From the human T2T-CHM13v2.0 reference genome, Homo sapiens, in NCBI RefSeq assembly GCF_009914755.1, contig NC_060938.1: a stretch of DNA of 64,000 bases, one strand, 5' to 3'. A program made the position numbers and the translations under genes. Each line of letters begins with the position of its first letter. The first letter of the stretch is position 1. Of this stretch, positions 49,000 through 63,825 are shown piece by piece. The notes beneath the pieces were generated by a model. It was given only the letters and a program-made list of their open reading frames with translations. It did not search any database and was not told the DNA's origin.

Positions 49000-50885
49000 A
49001 ACACACACATTGCACGCACCACACCATGTGCACACGCACACACACCCCACACACAGACACCACACAAACAGCACACACACCATATGCACACGCATACACA
49101 ACCCACACACAGACACCACACACTGCACACACACCATGTGCACATGCACACCCCCACACACACTGCATACCCCCACACACACCACACCCACTGCACACGC
49201 ACCATGTACACATGCACACACCCCAGACACCACAAACAGTGCACACACCACACCATATGCACACACACACCACAGACACCACACACACTGCACACACCAC
49301 ACCATGTGCACATGCACACACACCTCAGACACCACACACAACCCACACACACAGACACCACACACTGCAAACACCCCACACACCCCACACACTGCACACA
49401 CCATGTGCACATGCACACACCCCATACAGACACCACACACTGCACACTCACCATGTGCACACAGACACCATACACCACACACACTGCACACACACCATGT
49501 GCACATGCACACACACCTCACACACTACACACACACCATGTGCACATGCACACACCCGACACCACACACACTGCACATGCCACACTATGTGCACACACAC
49601 CCCACACACAGACACCACCCACACTGCACACACACCATGTGTACACACACCAAACACCACACACTGCACACACGCCATGTGCACATGCACAACACCCCAC
49701 GTGCAGCTGCCACACACTGCACACACACCATGTACACATGCAGAGACACCACACATCATGTGTGTGCACACACACACCCCAGACACCACACTGCACACAC
49801 CCCCCACACACCACACACTGCACACACCACACCATGTGTAGGCATACACACACACCACACACTGCACACACACCACATACACATGCACACACACCCCAGA
49901 CACCACACACACTGCACACAGCACACCATGTATACACACACACCCACACACCACACTGCACACACACCATGTACACACACCCCAGACACCACAAACACTG
50001 CACACAGCACACCATGTATACACACACTGCACACACACCTTGTACACATGCACACACACCCTGCACACAGACACCACACATTGCATACACACCATGTGCA
50101 CATGCACACTCACCCTGACAACACACACAGACACTGCACACACTTCACACACCACACCATGTGCACATGCACACACACACAGACATCACACTGCACCCAC
50201 ACCATGTATACATGCACACACCCCGCACACACCACACACTGCACACACACCATGTGCACACGCACACACACCAGACACTGCACACACCATGTGTACACAC
50301 ACACACCCGACACCACACACACCGCACACTCACCATGTGCGCACATCCCACACACACTGCACTGTGTGCAAACGTGCACACACGCCCATACCACACACAC
50401 TGCACACACACCAGACACACGAATCTACTACACATACACCACACACATACAGCACCACACACCCCACACATACTCCCCACACATACTCCCCACACACTGC
50501 ACATGTACATACAGCACCACACACAGAGCAAACACATACATCACATACACACACCACACTACACACATTCTACACACACATCAAGCACACATCAAACACT
50601 ACACACACTGCACACACACAGCATCATAACCACACACACTGCACACATATCACATGCACACATCACATATAGTACACATACACACCACACACATACACCA
50701 CAAACACAGCACATATACACACCATGCACCACCCACACACTACACACAGTATACACACATAACATCCACAATACACACCACACACATATACATACCCTGT
50801 GCACCTACTACACACACAGACCACACACACACACCATACATACACATCACAAGCATACACCTGCGCACACCTCACAGCATACATA
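49000..50885. repeat. ~1.9-kb complex (CA)-rich simple-repeat array
   Basis: Mosaic of cacacac, ctgcacac, ccatgtgcacatg and agacaccac motifs. Confidence 0.97.
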
Positions 50886-53054
50886 CAATCCTCACTTTTA
50901 GAAATTAATTTGCCTTTAAGGAGCCGGGATAGTAAAGTATTTTTTTGGCATTTGAGTGAGCCAAGAAAATGCGTATAAGTACACATGTGTAACTGTGAGG
51001 GCACAACCAGCACTTTTGAAATCACAACATTAGATTAAACCATGTAATTTTTTATTGTTTTTAAAAAATCAAGTCTTTCTCATTTTACTAGAAACTATTT
51101 ACCAGAGTAAACTAATGAGATTCTTACTGAGGTCAAAAGACTTTCTGGAAAAACTTCTCCTTGATGAAATTTCACTTAAAACATCACTTCCATCATGAAG
51201 TATTTCTTTAAGATGTTCTTGGTCCTTTTCCTGTTATGTGGAATCGTCATTTCAAATTTTAAAAGTGACTTTGAGATGTTTTTCATCTATTATTTAAAAA
51301 ATGTTGAAGGGGGTTTTAATTCTGCCTTCAACAGAGATCGACCCACTCTGATTACGATGTAAAACTGAACACGTTACCCTGACAGGCTTTCACTTCTGCA
51401 GTGCCGCTGCCATCATTATTAATAAGGATTGAATTATTTTACTCCATGCACAATCTGTATTCCCTGATTTATAAAGAATAGAAATCTAATTCTCACTATG
51501 AAGGCAGATAAAAGTAATCCCTTCAACCTACAGGTGACTGAATCATTTACCAAAGCACTCAGACTTTAAATAGCATTTATCAAATGTGTCTATATTCCTA
51601 CGTATATAATTCATATAAAGAACATGTAGTTTAAATCATTGCACATTTTATGCTTTTAATGAGTTGTGATGGTCATTAGTATTTTTATCACATTTCCCCA
51701 AAGGTAGGCTAATTATTGTTATTATTTTCAGCTAGAAATATAAAATGTATTTTCTATTTTTGATGATTTTGAAACATAATCCTTGGAATATAATAACTGT
51801 GTATAATATCTGTGTATAATATCTGTGGAAAGCATGAAAGTAAAATTCAAACAGTATGCATTTTTTCCAGAATGAAAATTTCCTCTACAATAACATTCAT
51901 CTTTTTTTCCTGATGGGCACATAAAAGTCAACATTTCTAACATTGCTGGATGTTATTTACATTAAACTTGCCTCAGCTTCAGGTGTTGCAGAAACTGGGC
52001 AAGAGGCCACAAGGTACACAATATACACACCCACACAAAGCTTGTATTATTATACTTACCTAAGTGTCTAAAGAGGTGGATAAATATATTAGATTGCTCC
52101 AGAACAAGGATTTTTATGGGGCCTATTGGAAAATATGACTGCAGTTTGAGTGAGATGCCTGTAAGAGATTCAATTTGGCCACTATTTATTGAGTATCCAA
52201 TTGTAAAAGTACTGACAGAAGGCTCATGAAACAGAAATTTTCACCTAAATCTATTGGAAATGTGCTACTAGATGCTGTATTAAAGAGTGGTGTGGTAATT
52301 GTAAAACACATCTGGTATCTAAACCTTTGTTTGTTTTTTACCTGAAATCCTTATGGGGGTGATTGTGTATATCAATTTGAATCTTCCCATCAGCAAGATA
52401 AATAAATAAATAGCCAGCCTGCCTCGATAAATTAGTTCACCTTTTCTATATTTTGAGGCAGTGCTTCTCCTCCTTTGACAGCCACAAGATTCACCCAGGG
52501 ATCTCCCTAAAATGCAAAACCATAGACCACACTTTGACTAGCTTGGATAAGGGGCCAGAGCATTGAAATGAGTGTGTAGGTGACTGTGCTAAGATTCTCC
52601 TGCTCATGTGGGCACTGGCTCACCACATAAACAAAGCTTAGGACCTCTAGTCCTTGCTGGAAAATAAATAACACATACATAGGATGTGACTGTGCATATG
52701 GAATATCTGTTGTGTTCTGGACATTGTGCTAGACAACAGAGCTAAGAAGTCAAATAATCCTTTGTCTCTATCTGAAAGGAGCTTCCTACACAGTGGCTTC
52801 TGAGGTCTTTGAAACTAGATTCACTTTCAGATTTGATTATTATATTTATGATTTGATATTTTCATTGAACCCCATGATATGATAAAGTTTTCCAGAAACT
52901 GCTAGAATAATTGACTTTGTTTTCAGCATTATGAAGACACTGTGGCACATAAGTAGTTCATTTATGTTTGTATTTAACCAGAGAGGAACAACTTGAGCTA
53001 CTTTTCTAGCCACCTTCTTTTAGAGCTGTTTTTTTTAGTTATTTTTGCTTGTTT

Positions 53055-53312
53055 ATTTTTGAGACTTGTCTCACTCTGTCACCTAGGGTGGAATGCGGTG
53101 GTGTGATCAGATCTCACTGCAGCCTCTACCTTCTGGGCTCAAGCAATCCTCTCACCTCAGCCTCCTGAAAAGCTGCGACCACAGGCTCATACCACCATAC
53201 CCAGCTAATTAAAAATATATTTTTTTTGTAGAGACAGGGTTTTTCCATGTTTCCTAGACTTGTCTCCAACTCCTGAGCTCAAGCAATCTGCCTGCCTCAG
53301 CCTCCTAAAGTG
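53055..53312 (-). mobile_element. Alu (AluJ-like)
   Basis: Reverse Alu, lacks its first ~30 nt. Confidence 0.9.
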
Positions 53313-53419
53313 TAGAGCTGTGTTTTTAGTCTTTTTTGAGCTGTTTTACAATCAAGTTTTGAATTGATACATTTGGATTCATTCTGATATTTACAGATTT
53401 AACATCCTACTTCACAAGA

Positions 53420-53519
53420 TGCTCATAGCCTTAATCCATTACAGCCACTGCCTCATCCATCTCTGCTCATAGCCTTGATCCATTACAGTAGCCACCTTGT
53501 CCATCTCTGCTCATAGCCT
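53420..53519. repeat. Tandem duplication, 2.3 x 44 bp
   Basis: tgctcatagcct at 53420, 53464, 53508. Confidence 0.9.
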
Positions 53520-53717
53520 AAACTAATAGAAGCCAGAGGGAAGAAATGGAAGCCAACGTGAGTCCAGAACACACATTTTATAAGAGCAAAAGAAATTTAA
53601 AAATAGCAAAGTATATCATGAAGTTTTTAATAGATATGCATGGCTAAAATTTATTTTTAATCAATATATTCTATAAATTGGGAGAAAATATTAAACACAT
53701 GAAAAGTAAGGAACTTG

Positions 53718-54043
<326 letters not shown>

Positions 54044-54620
54044 CTAATATGATGAGAATGTGGTTTATGTTTTTATCTTTACAAGATTTAGGAACATTTG
54101 GTGCAAGGAGGAAGAATTTGTAATCATGGGGAGCATGTATAATACTGGAGGGAGCCTTCTGACAAGGGGGAAATGGCTTCACGAGATATGCTATGGTCAT
54201 AGCTATGTGGGAATGCAGCTAGCTATGATCTCCCCCATCAAACCCACTGGGCAGTGTTCAGTTACCAATTGAGATAGAGCTGACCCACCCAGGACAGAAG
54301 AGAGAATATACACTGCAGTCAGAAGCCACTGTGTAGGAAGCTCCTTTCAGTAAGAGGTAAGGGATATTTGACTTTTTATCTCTAGTGTCTAGTACAATGT
54401 CCAGAACACAACAGATATTCCATATGTACAGTCACATCCTATGTATCTGTATTTCTTTTCCAGCAGGGACTGTAGGTCCTAAGCTTAATTAATATGGTGA
54501 GCCAGTGACCACATGAACAGTAGCAACTTAGCACTGTCACCAAGACATCCATTTAAATGCTCTTATCTTAGCTAGGCAAAGTGTGGTCTATGAGTTTGCA
54601 TTTTAATAAGATCCCCAGGT

Positions 54621-54805
54621 GAATCTTGTGCATGTTACAGAGGAAGCACTCTCCTACATCATATGTGACGGGCTCTCATAGTCACCATCATTACAGGAAT
54701 CTTGTGCATGTTACAGGGAAGCACTGTCCTACATCAAATATGACAGCCTCTCATAGTCACCATCATCATGGGAATCTTCTGCATGTTACAGGGAAGCACT
54801 GTCCT
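54621..54805. repeat. Tandem repeat, ~2.4 x 75-76 bp, overlapping a MER5-like transposon end
   Basis: gaatctt..gcatgttacag at 54621, 54697, 54772; preceded by tgcattttaataagatccccaggtga. Confidence 0.88.
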
Positions 54806-55330
54806 TCTGTTCCATTGGTCTATGTGTCTGTTTTTATGCTAGTATCATTCTGCTTTGATGAATACAGCTTTGCTATGTAGTTTAAAATCAGGAAGTATAA
54901 TGCCTCCAGCTTTGCCTTTCTTACTCAAAATTGCTTTACTCTTTCATGATTCTAACTTGAGAATTTTTTTTCTATTTTTGCGAAATATGCTATTGAAATT
55001 TTGATAGAGACTGATTTGAATCTGTATATCACTCTGGGCACTATGGATGTTTAAACAAACCTTTTTCAGGAACACAACATATTTTTGTTTTATTTGTGTC
55101 TCCTATAATTGCTTTCATTAATATTTTACAGTTATTGATGTACAGATCCTTCAACTTCTTGGTTATATTTATTTGTAAATACTTTGACATTTGTTAAATG
55201 GATTTATTTCTGGATTTTTGTCAGATATATTGTTAGGGCACAGAAATGCAAGTGATACATTTGGTACATTGATACAATACCCTGAAACGTTACTTAATTA
55301 GTTTATTAGTTCAAAAAGTTATTTGGTGTA
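54806..55330 (-). mobile_element. L1M ORF2 fragment
   Basis: tctgttccattggtctatgtgtctgtttttatgc..atgcctccagctttg. Confidence 0.85.
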
Positions 55331-56470
55331 ATGAGGAGCACAATGGACTGTGGTTACACATTAAATGATAGCTTCTGTTAGTATATCACAGTGCCCCAAA
55401 ATGTGATCTGCTGTATTTCTGCTGTTATAAATTCAGTCGCATTTTTTAGTCCTAGTATTTTTTCTTCTGAAATATTTTTGTCTGTCATTTGCTGATAATG
55501 TGTATCCTCTGCTTACTGTTCAATTGTGCTACCCATTTATCTTCAAGCCTAGTTAGTCCAACTTTCTAATAAAATTTTTAACAATGGTATGTTCATTTAT
55601 TGTAACCTAAATAGTAAATTTGCATGATAGTTTTACAGTTACCAAATAGGATTTAAAATACGTCAATTTGTCGCTACTAATGAATCTCTGGGTTCCTAAT
55701 TTTAAATTCTTATGTATCATGTCTATTAAATATGTATGTGCAATGGCTTAGAATCATGCCTAACATATCATATGCACTAAGTATCAATCAAACCAATTTT
55801 TAAAATTATCTTCATACTATTAAAAATGATTTAGAGAGAAGAAAAATATACAGGTCATATACCTGGATCTACATAAAGAAAGGAAGAGCAGTAAAGAAAG
55901 AATAAATGAGGATATCTTAACCAATCTACATATTATGTACAAACATAAGCAACTATATACACACTCACGATTATCTGTGCTTATATATAGTTGAAATGAA
56001 TGATGACAAGGACACAAAGGACAGGAAGGTGGAAGAGAAAAATTATGTTAGAAGACAGTCACACTACTTGTGAAATGGTATAGTATTATTTGAAACTGGA
56101 CTTGTAAGTGTATATTGAAACCCTAGGGCAACTACTATAAAATGTTTAAAAATATACAACTATAAAGAAAATACATGCTAAGAAAGAAGAGAAAATGGGA
56201 TCATATAAAATGCTCAGTTAACATCACAAAAGGTAGAAAGAGTGGAAGACAAAACGATATGGGAATAATAACAATAACAAATATGGCAGATATTAATTCA
56301 ACTATATCAATAATCACTTTGAATGTCAATGGTCTAAATGCACCAATTAAAACAGATTGTCAGAGTGGATCAAAATACAAGACCCAACTATATATTGTCT
56401 ACAAGAAATCCATTTTAAATATAAAACCACACATTAATTAAAAGTAAATAGAGAAAAATATACAATGCTA

Positions 56471-56789
<319 letters not shown>

Positions 56790-57087
56790 GAGAGTAACTA
56801 TATTTCACACAAAGTAGACTTCAAAGAAAGAAAGTTATGATGGATAAAGAATGGTACTTCATCATGACATAACAGTTAATCCTCCAAAAAGATGACAATC
56901 CTTAATGTGTATGCACCTGACAGCTGATTTTCAAAGGACGTAAGGCAAAAACAGAACTGGAAGGAGAAATAGATGGATCCACTGTCACAATTTGAGACAT
57001 CAGCACCCTCCATCAGAAACAGATCTAGCAGGCAGAAATTAGTAACAATATAGTTGAATTCAATATCAATATAAATCAACTGGATAC

Positions 57088-57653
57088 TGACAGAGCAAGA
57101 GCACCTGTCACCTTGGACAAACACTCCCACTTTAAGTTCCAGCTCCCTTCTTAGCCCCATGCATTTCAAGGATATCACTTCTAACTATAAGGAGCCAGAA
57201 AGAGCAGAGAGTAAAACACTAATAAGACAGCTCGGGCACAGAGGGAGGTGGGGGGAAAGTCTCTTGGGTAAAGTTTAACTGCCAAACTTAACCCTCATAC
57301 AACAGACCCAATAAAATAGTGGGCCTTAATAAGCACATTCCTTTCCCTTCAGGTGCACTAAGATAGGGAAGCTAAAAACAGACTCAGGGGACATGCCTGC
57401 AGCTGCAGAAAGATGTATGGGGACAGACACGCAACTCTCCCTCCCATATAAGAGCAACACAGACACAGAAGCAGTCCAAGCCTTGTATTAACTCTCCCAC
57501 CCTGAATCCTTAAAAACTCTGAGTGTGTAAGAGAGTGTGCCTCTGCCCTAACTCAGCCAGAAGGCATCTCTCAGGTTTGTTTTCTATGAAATAAATCTGT
57601 CTTAACTGGCAAGACACCTTTCATGTTTCTCTCCTCTTTCTTTAATTCTTACA
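57088..57653 (+). mobile_element. ERV1-class solo LTR (subfamily uncertain)
   Basis: TG...CA ends (tgacagagcaagagc...ttcttaca), aataaa near 57590, TSD gatac/aatac. Confidence 0.85.
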
Positions 57654-57954
57654 AATACAATTGCTATTTATAGACTTCATCCAACAACAGTAAAATATAC
57701 ATTCTTTTCAGGATCAATAATCACCAAGATATACCACACTGTGGACCATAAAATATGCTTTAACCAATTTGAAATAATGAATCTTGCCATATGCACTCTT
57801 AGACCACAATGAAATCAAACTTAAAATTAGCAATAGACAGACAAGTGGAAAATCTCTAAATACAGTGAGATAAAAGAACACCTTCTAAATAATGAATGCA
57901 TCAAAGAAGAAATCTCAAGATAAATTAATATTTTATTGTATTATTTATATATAT

Positions 57955-58250
57955 TTTTAGAGACAGAGTCTCATTGTCACCCAGGCTGGAGTGCAGTGGC
58001 ATGATCAAATCCCACTGCAGTCTTGAACTCCTGAGCTCAAGCAATCCTCTTACCTCAGCCTCACAAGTGTCTGAAAATACAGGCACATGTCTCCCTGCTA
58101 ACTTTTTAAAATTTTCTTGTAGAGAGAGGGTCTTGCTATAGCTGCTCAAGCTGGTCTCAAACTCCTGGTCTCAAGTAATACTCCTGCCTTGGCCTTTCAA
58201 ATCTCAGCCTCCCTGGCCGAGATTACTAGAGTGAGCCACCATGCCTGGCC
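57955..58250 (-). mobile_element. Alu (AluJ-like)
   Basis: Reverse Alu dimer. Confidence 0.92.
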
Positions 58251-60344
58251 TAATAAATATTTTCACTAAATAAAAATGAAAATAAAGCACAATTTATCAA
58301 AATTTTTAGATTACAGCAAAAGCATGGCTTAGAAGAAAATTTATGGCATCAGAAGCATATATTAGAAAACAAGAATGATCTAAAATAAAGGAAAAAAGGA
58401 GCAGATTAAACCCAAAGTAAGAATAGGAAAATAAATTGTTGCAGAAATCAATGAAATTGAAAACAGAAAAATCAAGAGAATATTATTAACAACAAAGCTG
58501 ATTCTTTTAAAATATTATTAACAACAAAGCTGCTTTTTTAAAAAGCTGGTTCTTCAATAAAATTTAAAACCCTAGAGCCAGGCTAAGAAAAAAAAGGACA
58601 GAAACTAATAATATCAGAAATGAAAGAGGGGATACCACTACACATCCTGTGGACATTAAACGGATAATGAGGAAATACTATGAACAACTCTGTGCACACA
58701 TCTGATCATCTAGTTCAAATGGACCGCTTCCTTGACAGACACAATTTACTGAAACTCACACAAGAAGAAACACACAATCCGAATAACCTATTATTTTAAT
58801 AACCTTCAAAACAGAAAGTACCTGATCGGGATGTATTCATTGGGAAATTGACCAAATATTTCAGGAAGAAATTATACCCATTCCCCACAATCTATTTCAG
58901 ATGATAGAGGCTGTTGGAATGCTTCCTAGTTCATTATGTGAGGCCAGAATTATTCCAAAGACATTTCAAAATAGAAAACCACAGACCATTATCTCTCATG
59001 AAAATACATACAAAAATCCTCAAAAACACTAGTACATCGAATCCAACAATATATAGAAAGAATCATACACCATCACCAAGTGGGATTTATTCTGGAGATA
59101 GCAGGCTGGTTCAACATTTGAACATCAATTAATGTAATTCATTACATCAAGAGAGTGAAAAGGAAAAATCACATGATCAGGTGCACAAAAAGCAGTTGAC
59201 AAAATCCAGCATTCATTCATGATAAAATCTCTCAATAAGCTAAGAGGGGAACTTCCTGAAATTAATAAAGAATATCTACAGAAAACTACAGCAAACATCA
59301 TAATTAATAATGAGAAACTCAAAGCTTTTCCACAATATCAGGAGGAAGAAAAAGATGTATTCTCTCAGCATCCCTTTCAATATCATACTGAAAATACTAG
59401 CTAATGCAATGAGTCAAGAAAATACAATTAAAGGCATATAGATTGGGAAGGAATAAATAAAACTTTGTTCACAGATGACAGGATTGTCTATGCAGAAAAT
59501 CTAAAAAATTTAAAAAAAAAGAAAGAAAAAAGAAAAACGACCAAACCGAAAAAAAAACCCTCCTGGAACTGAAAAGCAAGATCACAGAATACAAGATTAA
59601 AAGAGAAAGTCAATCACTTTCCAATGCACCAACAACAACCAAGTGCAATTTGCTATGAAAACACAGTACTACTTATATTTAGCACCCAACAGATGAAACA
59701 CTTAACGTATAAATTTAGCAAATGTAACAAGATCTATATGAGGAATACAATAACACCTTAATAAGCAAAATAAAAGTAAACCTGATTCTAAAGTTCACAT
59801 GGAGAAGCAAAAGGCCAAGAATAGTCAATCACTGAAGAACAAAGTTGGAAGACAAACACTGCCTAACTTTAAGCCTTATTCATTAATCAAAACACTGTGT
59901 TATTACCCAAAAGTAGGCAAAAATAACAATGGAACAGGATAAATAGCCCAGAAATACACCCACCTAAATACACTAAACTGATACAATAAAGCAAAGTTGC
60001 TGTTTTCAACAAATGGCATGGGGACAACTAGAAATCCACATTAAAAAAAAAAAACCTGAATCTAGACATAGATCTTATGCCCATCACAAAAATTAACTCA
60101 AAATGGGTCACAGACTTCAATGTAAAATGCGAAAGTTATAACTGTAGAAAATAACAAAGGAAAAAACTTAGATTATCCTGGGAAAGGTAATGACTTTTTA
60201 GATATAACACCAATGTCAAGATCCATTTTAAAATGATTCATAAACAAGACTTCATTAAAATTGAAAACTTCTGTTCTGCAAAAGCCAATGTCATGAAAAT
60301 GAGAAGAAAAGCCACAGATTGGGAGAAAATATTTGCAAAAGACA

Positions 60345-60663
60345 CACCTGAGAAAGGGACTGTTCTACAAAACATCTGATAAAGAGACTTACACAAAACA
60401 TCTGAGAAAGAGACCGTTCTACAAAACTTCTGAGAAAGACTGTTATACAAAACATCTGATAAAGAGACTGTTACACAAAACATCTGAGAAAGAGACTGTT
60501 ATACAAAACATCTGAGAAAGAGACTGTTACACAAAACATTACAAAAACTCTTAAAACTCACATCTGATAAAGAGACTGTTACACAAAACAATCCAAAAAC
60601 TCTTAAAACTCACATCTGATAAAAAGGCTGTCACATAAAATACTCCAAAAACTCTTAAAACTC
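60345..60663. repeat. L1-derived minisatellite: six 26-28 bp units then three ~52 bp units
   Basis: catctga(t/g)aaagagactgttacacaaaa repeated; the last three units add aaaaactcttaaaactc. Confidence 0.95.
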
Positions 60664-61909
60664 TACAGTAAGAAAACCACCTAATAAAATAGACCAAAAA
60701 CCTTAACAGATACCTCACCAATGATGAGAAACATATAGGAAATAAACATATAAAAGAATGCATTATATTGTGTAACATTAGGGTAACATATTAAAACAAT
60801 GAGATACCGCTACATACCTAGTAGAATGGCCATAATAAAGAGCACTGACAACAACTGACAGTGAGAATGCAGAGCAACAGGAACTCTCATTCAGATTGTG
60901 GAAATGCAAAATGGTACAGTCACTCAGTTGGCGGACAATTTGGTTGTTCTTACAAAAGTAAACATATTCTTACCATATGATCCAGCAACTGCACCTCTTG
61001 GTATTTACCCAAAGGAGGTGACAATAAACACTAGCATAAAAACCTGTAAACAGAAATTTATAGCAGCTTTATTCAAAATAACTAAAATTTGGAAGCAACC
61101 AAGATGTCCTTCAGTAAGTGAATGAATAAACTATGGTACACACAATGGAACATAATTCAGCACTAAAAAGAAATGGGCTATCTTGTCCTCAAAAGATAAG
61201 GAGGAACCTTAAATGCATATTACTAAGTAAAATAAGGCAGTCTGAAAATGCTACTTACTATATAACTGCAACTATGTAACATTCTGCAAAATGATGGAGA
61301 TGGTTTGCAGGGTTAGGAGGATGATGAGTAATAAACAGGAAGAGCAGGGATGACTTTTAGAACAAAGTGTTCTGTGAGGTACTATAAGACTGGATACATG
61401 TCATTATACATTTACTCAAACCCATAGCATGTAAAACCACAAGAGTAAACCCTAATGTAAACTATGGCCTTTGGACAACTGTGATGTCTCAATGTAGGTT
61501 CCTCATTTTAACAAAGGTACTACTATGGTGGGGGGAGGTTTTGAAAAGGGCGAAGGCTACATATATATGTGGATCACAGTATATGGGAAATCTATGTACT
61601 TCTTAATTCTGCTGTGAAATTAAAACTGCCTTAACTAATAAAGTATATTTATTTTTAAAAAGAATTTAACCATCTAAAAATGTTTTAATAATAAAAATTA
61701 AATCAATATTAAAAACCACTTCCCCATTTGTAATAAGAACTCTCAATAATAATGAATGTATAAAGAAAATGTGGTCTATACATGCAATGAAATATTACTC
61801 AGCCTTAAAAAGGAAGAAAATCTTGCCATTTGCCAAAACATGCACATACCAGAAAGATATTGTGCTAAGAAATAAGCAAAACAGGAACAAAGTATTACAT
61901 AATCCCATC

Positions 61910-62234
61910 TGCAATAGTCAGGATGTATGTATTCCCCTCAAATTCCTATGTTGAAATCTAATCACCAAGGTGATAGTATTAGAAGGTGAGGCTTCAGGGG
62001 AGTGATGAGGTGAGGGCTCTTCCCTCTCGAATGGACTGGGAGTGCATTCATTCACTGACACTCTTTTGCCTTCCACCATGTAAGGATGCAGGATGAAGTC
62101 TCTCGTCAGGCACCAGATGACAGTGCCTTGATCTTGGACTTCCCAGCCTCCAGAACTGTTAAGAATAAATTTCTGTTCTTTATTAAATACCAAGCCTGAA
62201 GTATTTTGTTGTTCCAGCACAAATGAAGCCATAC
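61910..62234 (+). mobile_element. MLT1A/MSTD-like MaLR LTR within an L1M 3' fragment
   Basis: cccctcaaattcctatgttgaaatctaatcacc...cttcccagcctccagaactg. Confidence 0.8.
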
Positions 62235-62466
62235 TTCCTGTACAGCCTGTGGAACTCCATGTATATAAAAATGTAAAACAGTTAAACTTACAAAGACATA
62301 GAGCTGAATCGTGGTTACCAAGGGCTGAGAGGGAAGGGTAACTGGGGAGGTATTTGTCACAGAGTATAAGTTTTAGTTATGCAATGAGTAAGTTCTAAAT
62401 ATGGAATCTACAGATCAAAGCATGTAGTTAATACGGAATTGCATATTTAAAAATTTGTTAAGAGGA

Positions 62467-62842
62467 TGGTATGGTTTCAATCTGTTTACTTGCCCAAATC
62501 TCATGTCAAATTCTAAGCCTCAAGGCTGGAGGAGGGGCCTGGTGGGAGGTGACTGGATCAAGGGGCAGACTTGCCCCTTGCTGTTCTCGTGTTAGTAAAT
62601 TCTCATGAGATCTGGTTGTTAAAGGTGTACAGCACCTCCCCTTTCACCACTCACTTCTGCTCCAGATACATAGAACGTGCCTGCTTCCCCTTCATCTTAC
62701 ACCATAACTGTAAGTTTCCTGAGGCCTCCCCAACCATGCTTCCTGTACAGCCTGTGGAACTGTGAGCCAATTAATCCACTTTTTTTATAAATTACCCAGT
62801 CCGAGGTAGTTTTTTATAGCAATGAGAGAACGGACTTATGCA
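62467..62842 (+). mobile_element. MSTA/THE1-like solo LTR
   Basis: tatggtttc..cccaaatctcatg..cctgaggcctcccc..ggacttatgca; TSD gagga/gagaa. Confidence 0.88.
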
Positions 62843-63229
62843 GAGAATATATGTTATGTCAAATGGTTGCATCCCAAAAGGGGCGGGGAGGGGGGGAGGG
62901 AGAATTTCGTGGAGGCAAAAGTTGTTTATTGCACTGTTTGTGGTGACAGTTCCATGGGTGAATACTTACCTCTACAGGTAAGTATATTTTGCATGTGGGA
63001 GGAATGTAAATAATTTGTAGCCAGAGGGAAAACTGTGGTTTATTAAAGACTGCTACAGATTCTCACTATTCCTTTTATTGAGAGGTAGAAGCTAATTACT
63101 CTGTAATCTAAAACCGTGTGTAAAGGAAGAGAGAAGGTTGTAATTTTATTTTAGATTTGTTAAGCTTGAAGTGCCTTTCGGATAGCTACAAAGAATCATT
63201 TAATGGAGAGTTGAACCTGTGGTCTAGAG

Positions 63230-63550
63230 CAGTGATACCCAACCTTTTTGGCACCAGGTTTTGTGAAAAATTTTTTCCATATACCAGGGTGTGAGGGGGG
63301 ATGGTTTTGGGATGAAGCTGTTCATCAGGCATTAGATTATCATAAGGAGCAGGCAACCTAAATCCCTCACATGCATAGTTCACAATAGGGTTCATGCTCC
63401 TATGAGAATTTAATGCTGCCATTCATCTGACAGGAGGCAGAGTGCAGGCAGTAATGTTTGCTTGCCTGACATTCACTTCCTGCTGTGCAGCCCAGTTCCT
63501 CACAGGCCACAGACTGGACCGGTCCATGGCCTGGGGGTTGGGGATCCCTG
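63230..63550 (+). mobile_element. MER1B-like hAT (Charlie) non-autonomous DNA transposon
   Basis: cagtgatacccaacctttttggcacc...ggttggggatccctg; 8-bp TSD gtctagag/gtctaaag. Confidence 0.9.
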
Positions 63551-63825
63551 GTCTAAAGGTCGGAGAAGTCCATGCTGGAGATAAACACAACTGCTACACC
63601 ACAGAGAGCAGAACTGGTAAAAAAAAAACAAACAAACAAACAAACAACAACAAAAAAAGAACTGCACAGTGGGATGGGTGGGGAATTGGATGAAACAATT
63701 GGATAAGCTATGTAAAGAAGAAGTAGAAGAATTCAGGAAAAAAAGACAAGCAGCATCAGTGAGGTCATGATAGAAACTAACACAGAAGATTTCCAGGAGA
63801 AGATCATGAACAATAATTTGAAATG

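Noticed and set aside
48895-51025. Long ORFs (up to 539 aa) rich in His/Thr or Cys/Val
   Set aside because: Open in nearly all frames on both strands because CA/TG repeats lack stop codons; not genes or metallothioneins.
51050-52450. Repeat-poor AT-rich stretch, possible pseudogene or UTR
   Set aside because: Manual translation gave no recognisable protein or splice structure; a BLAST search would be needed.
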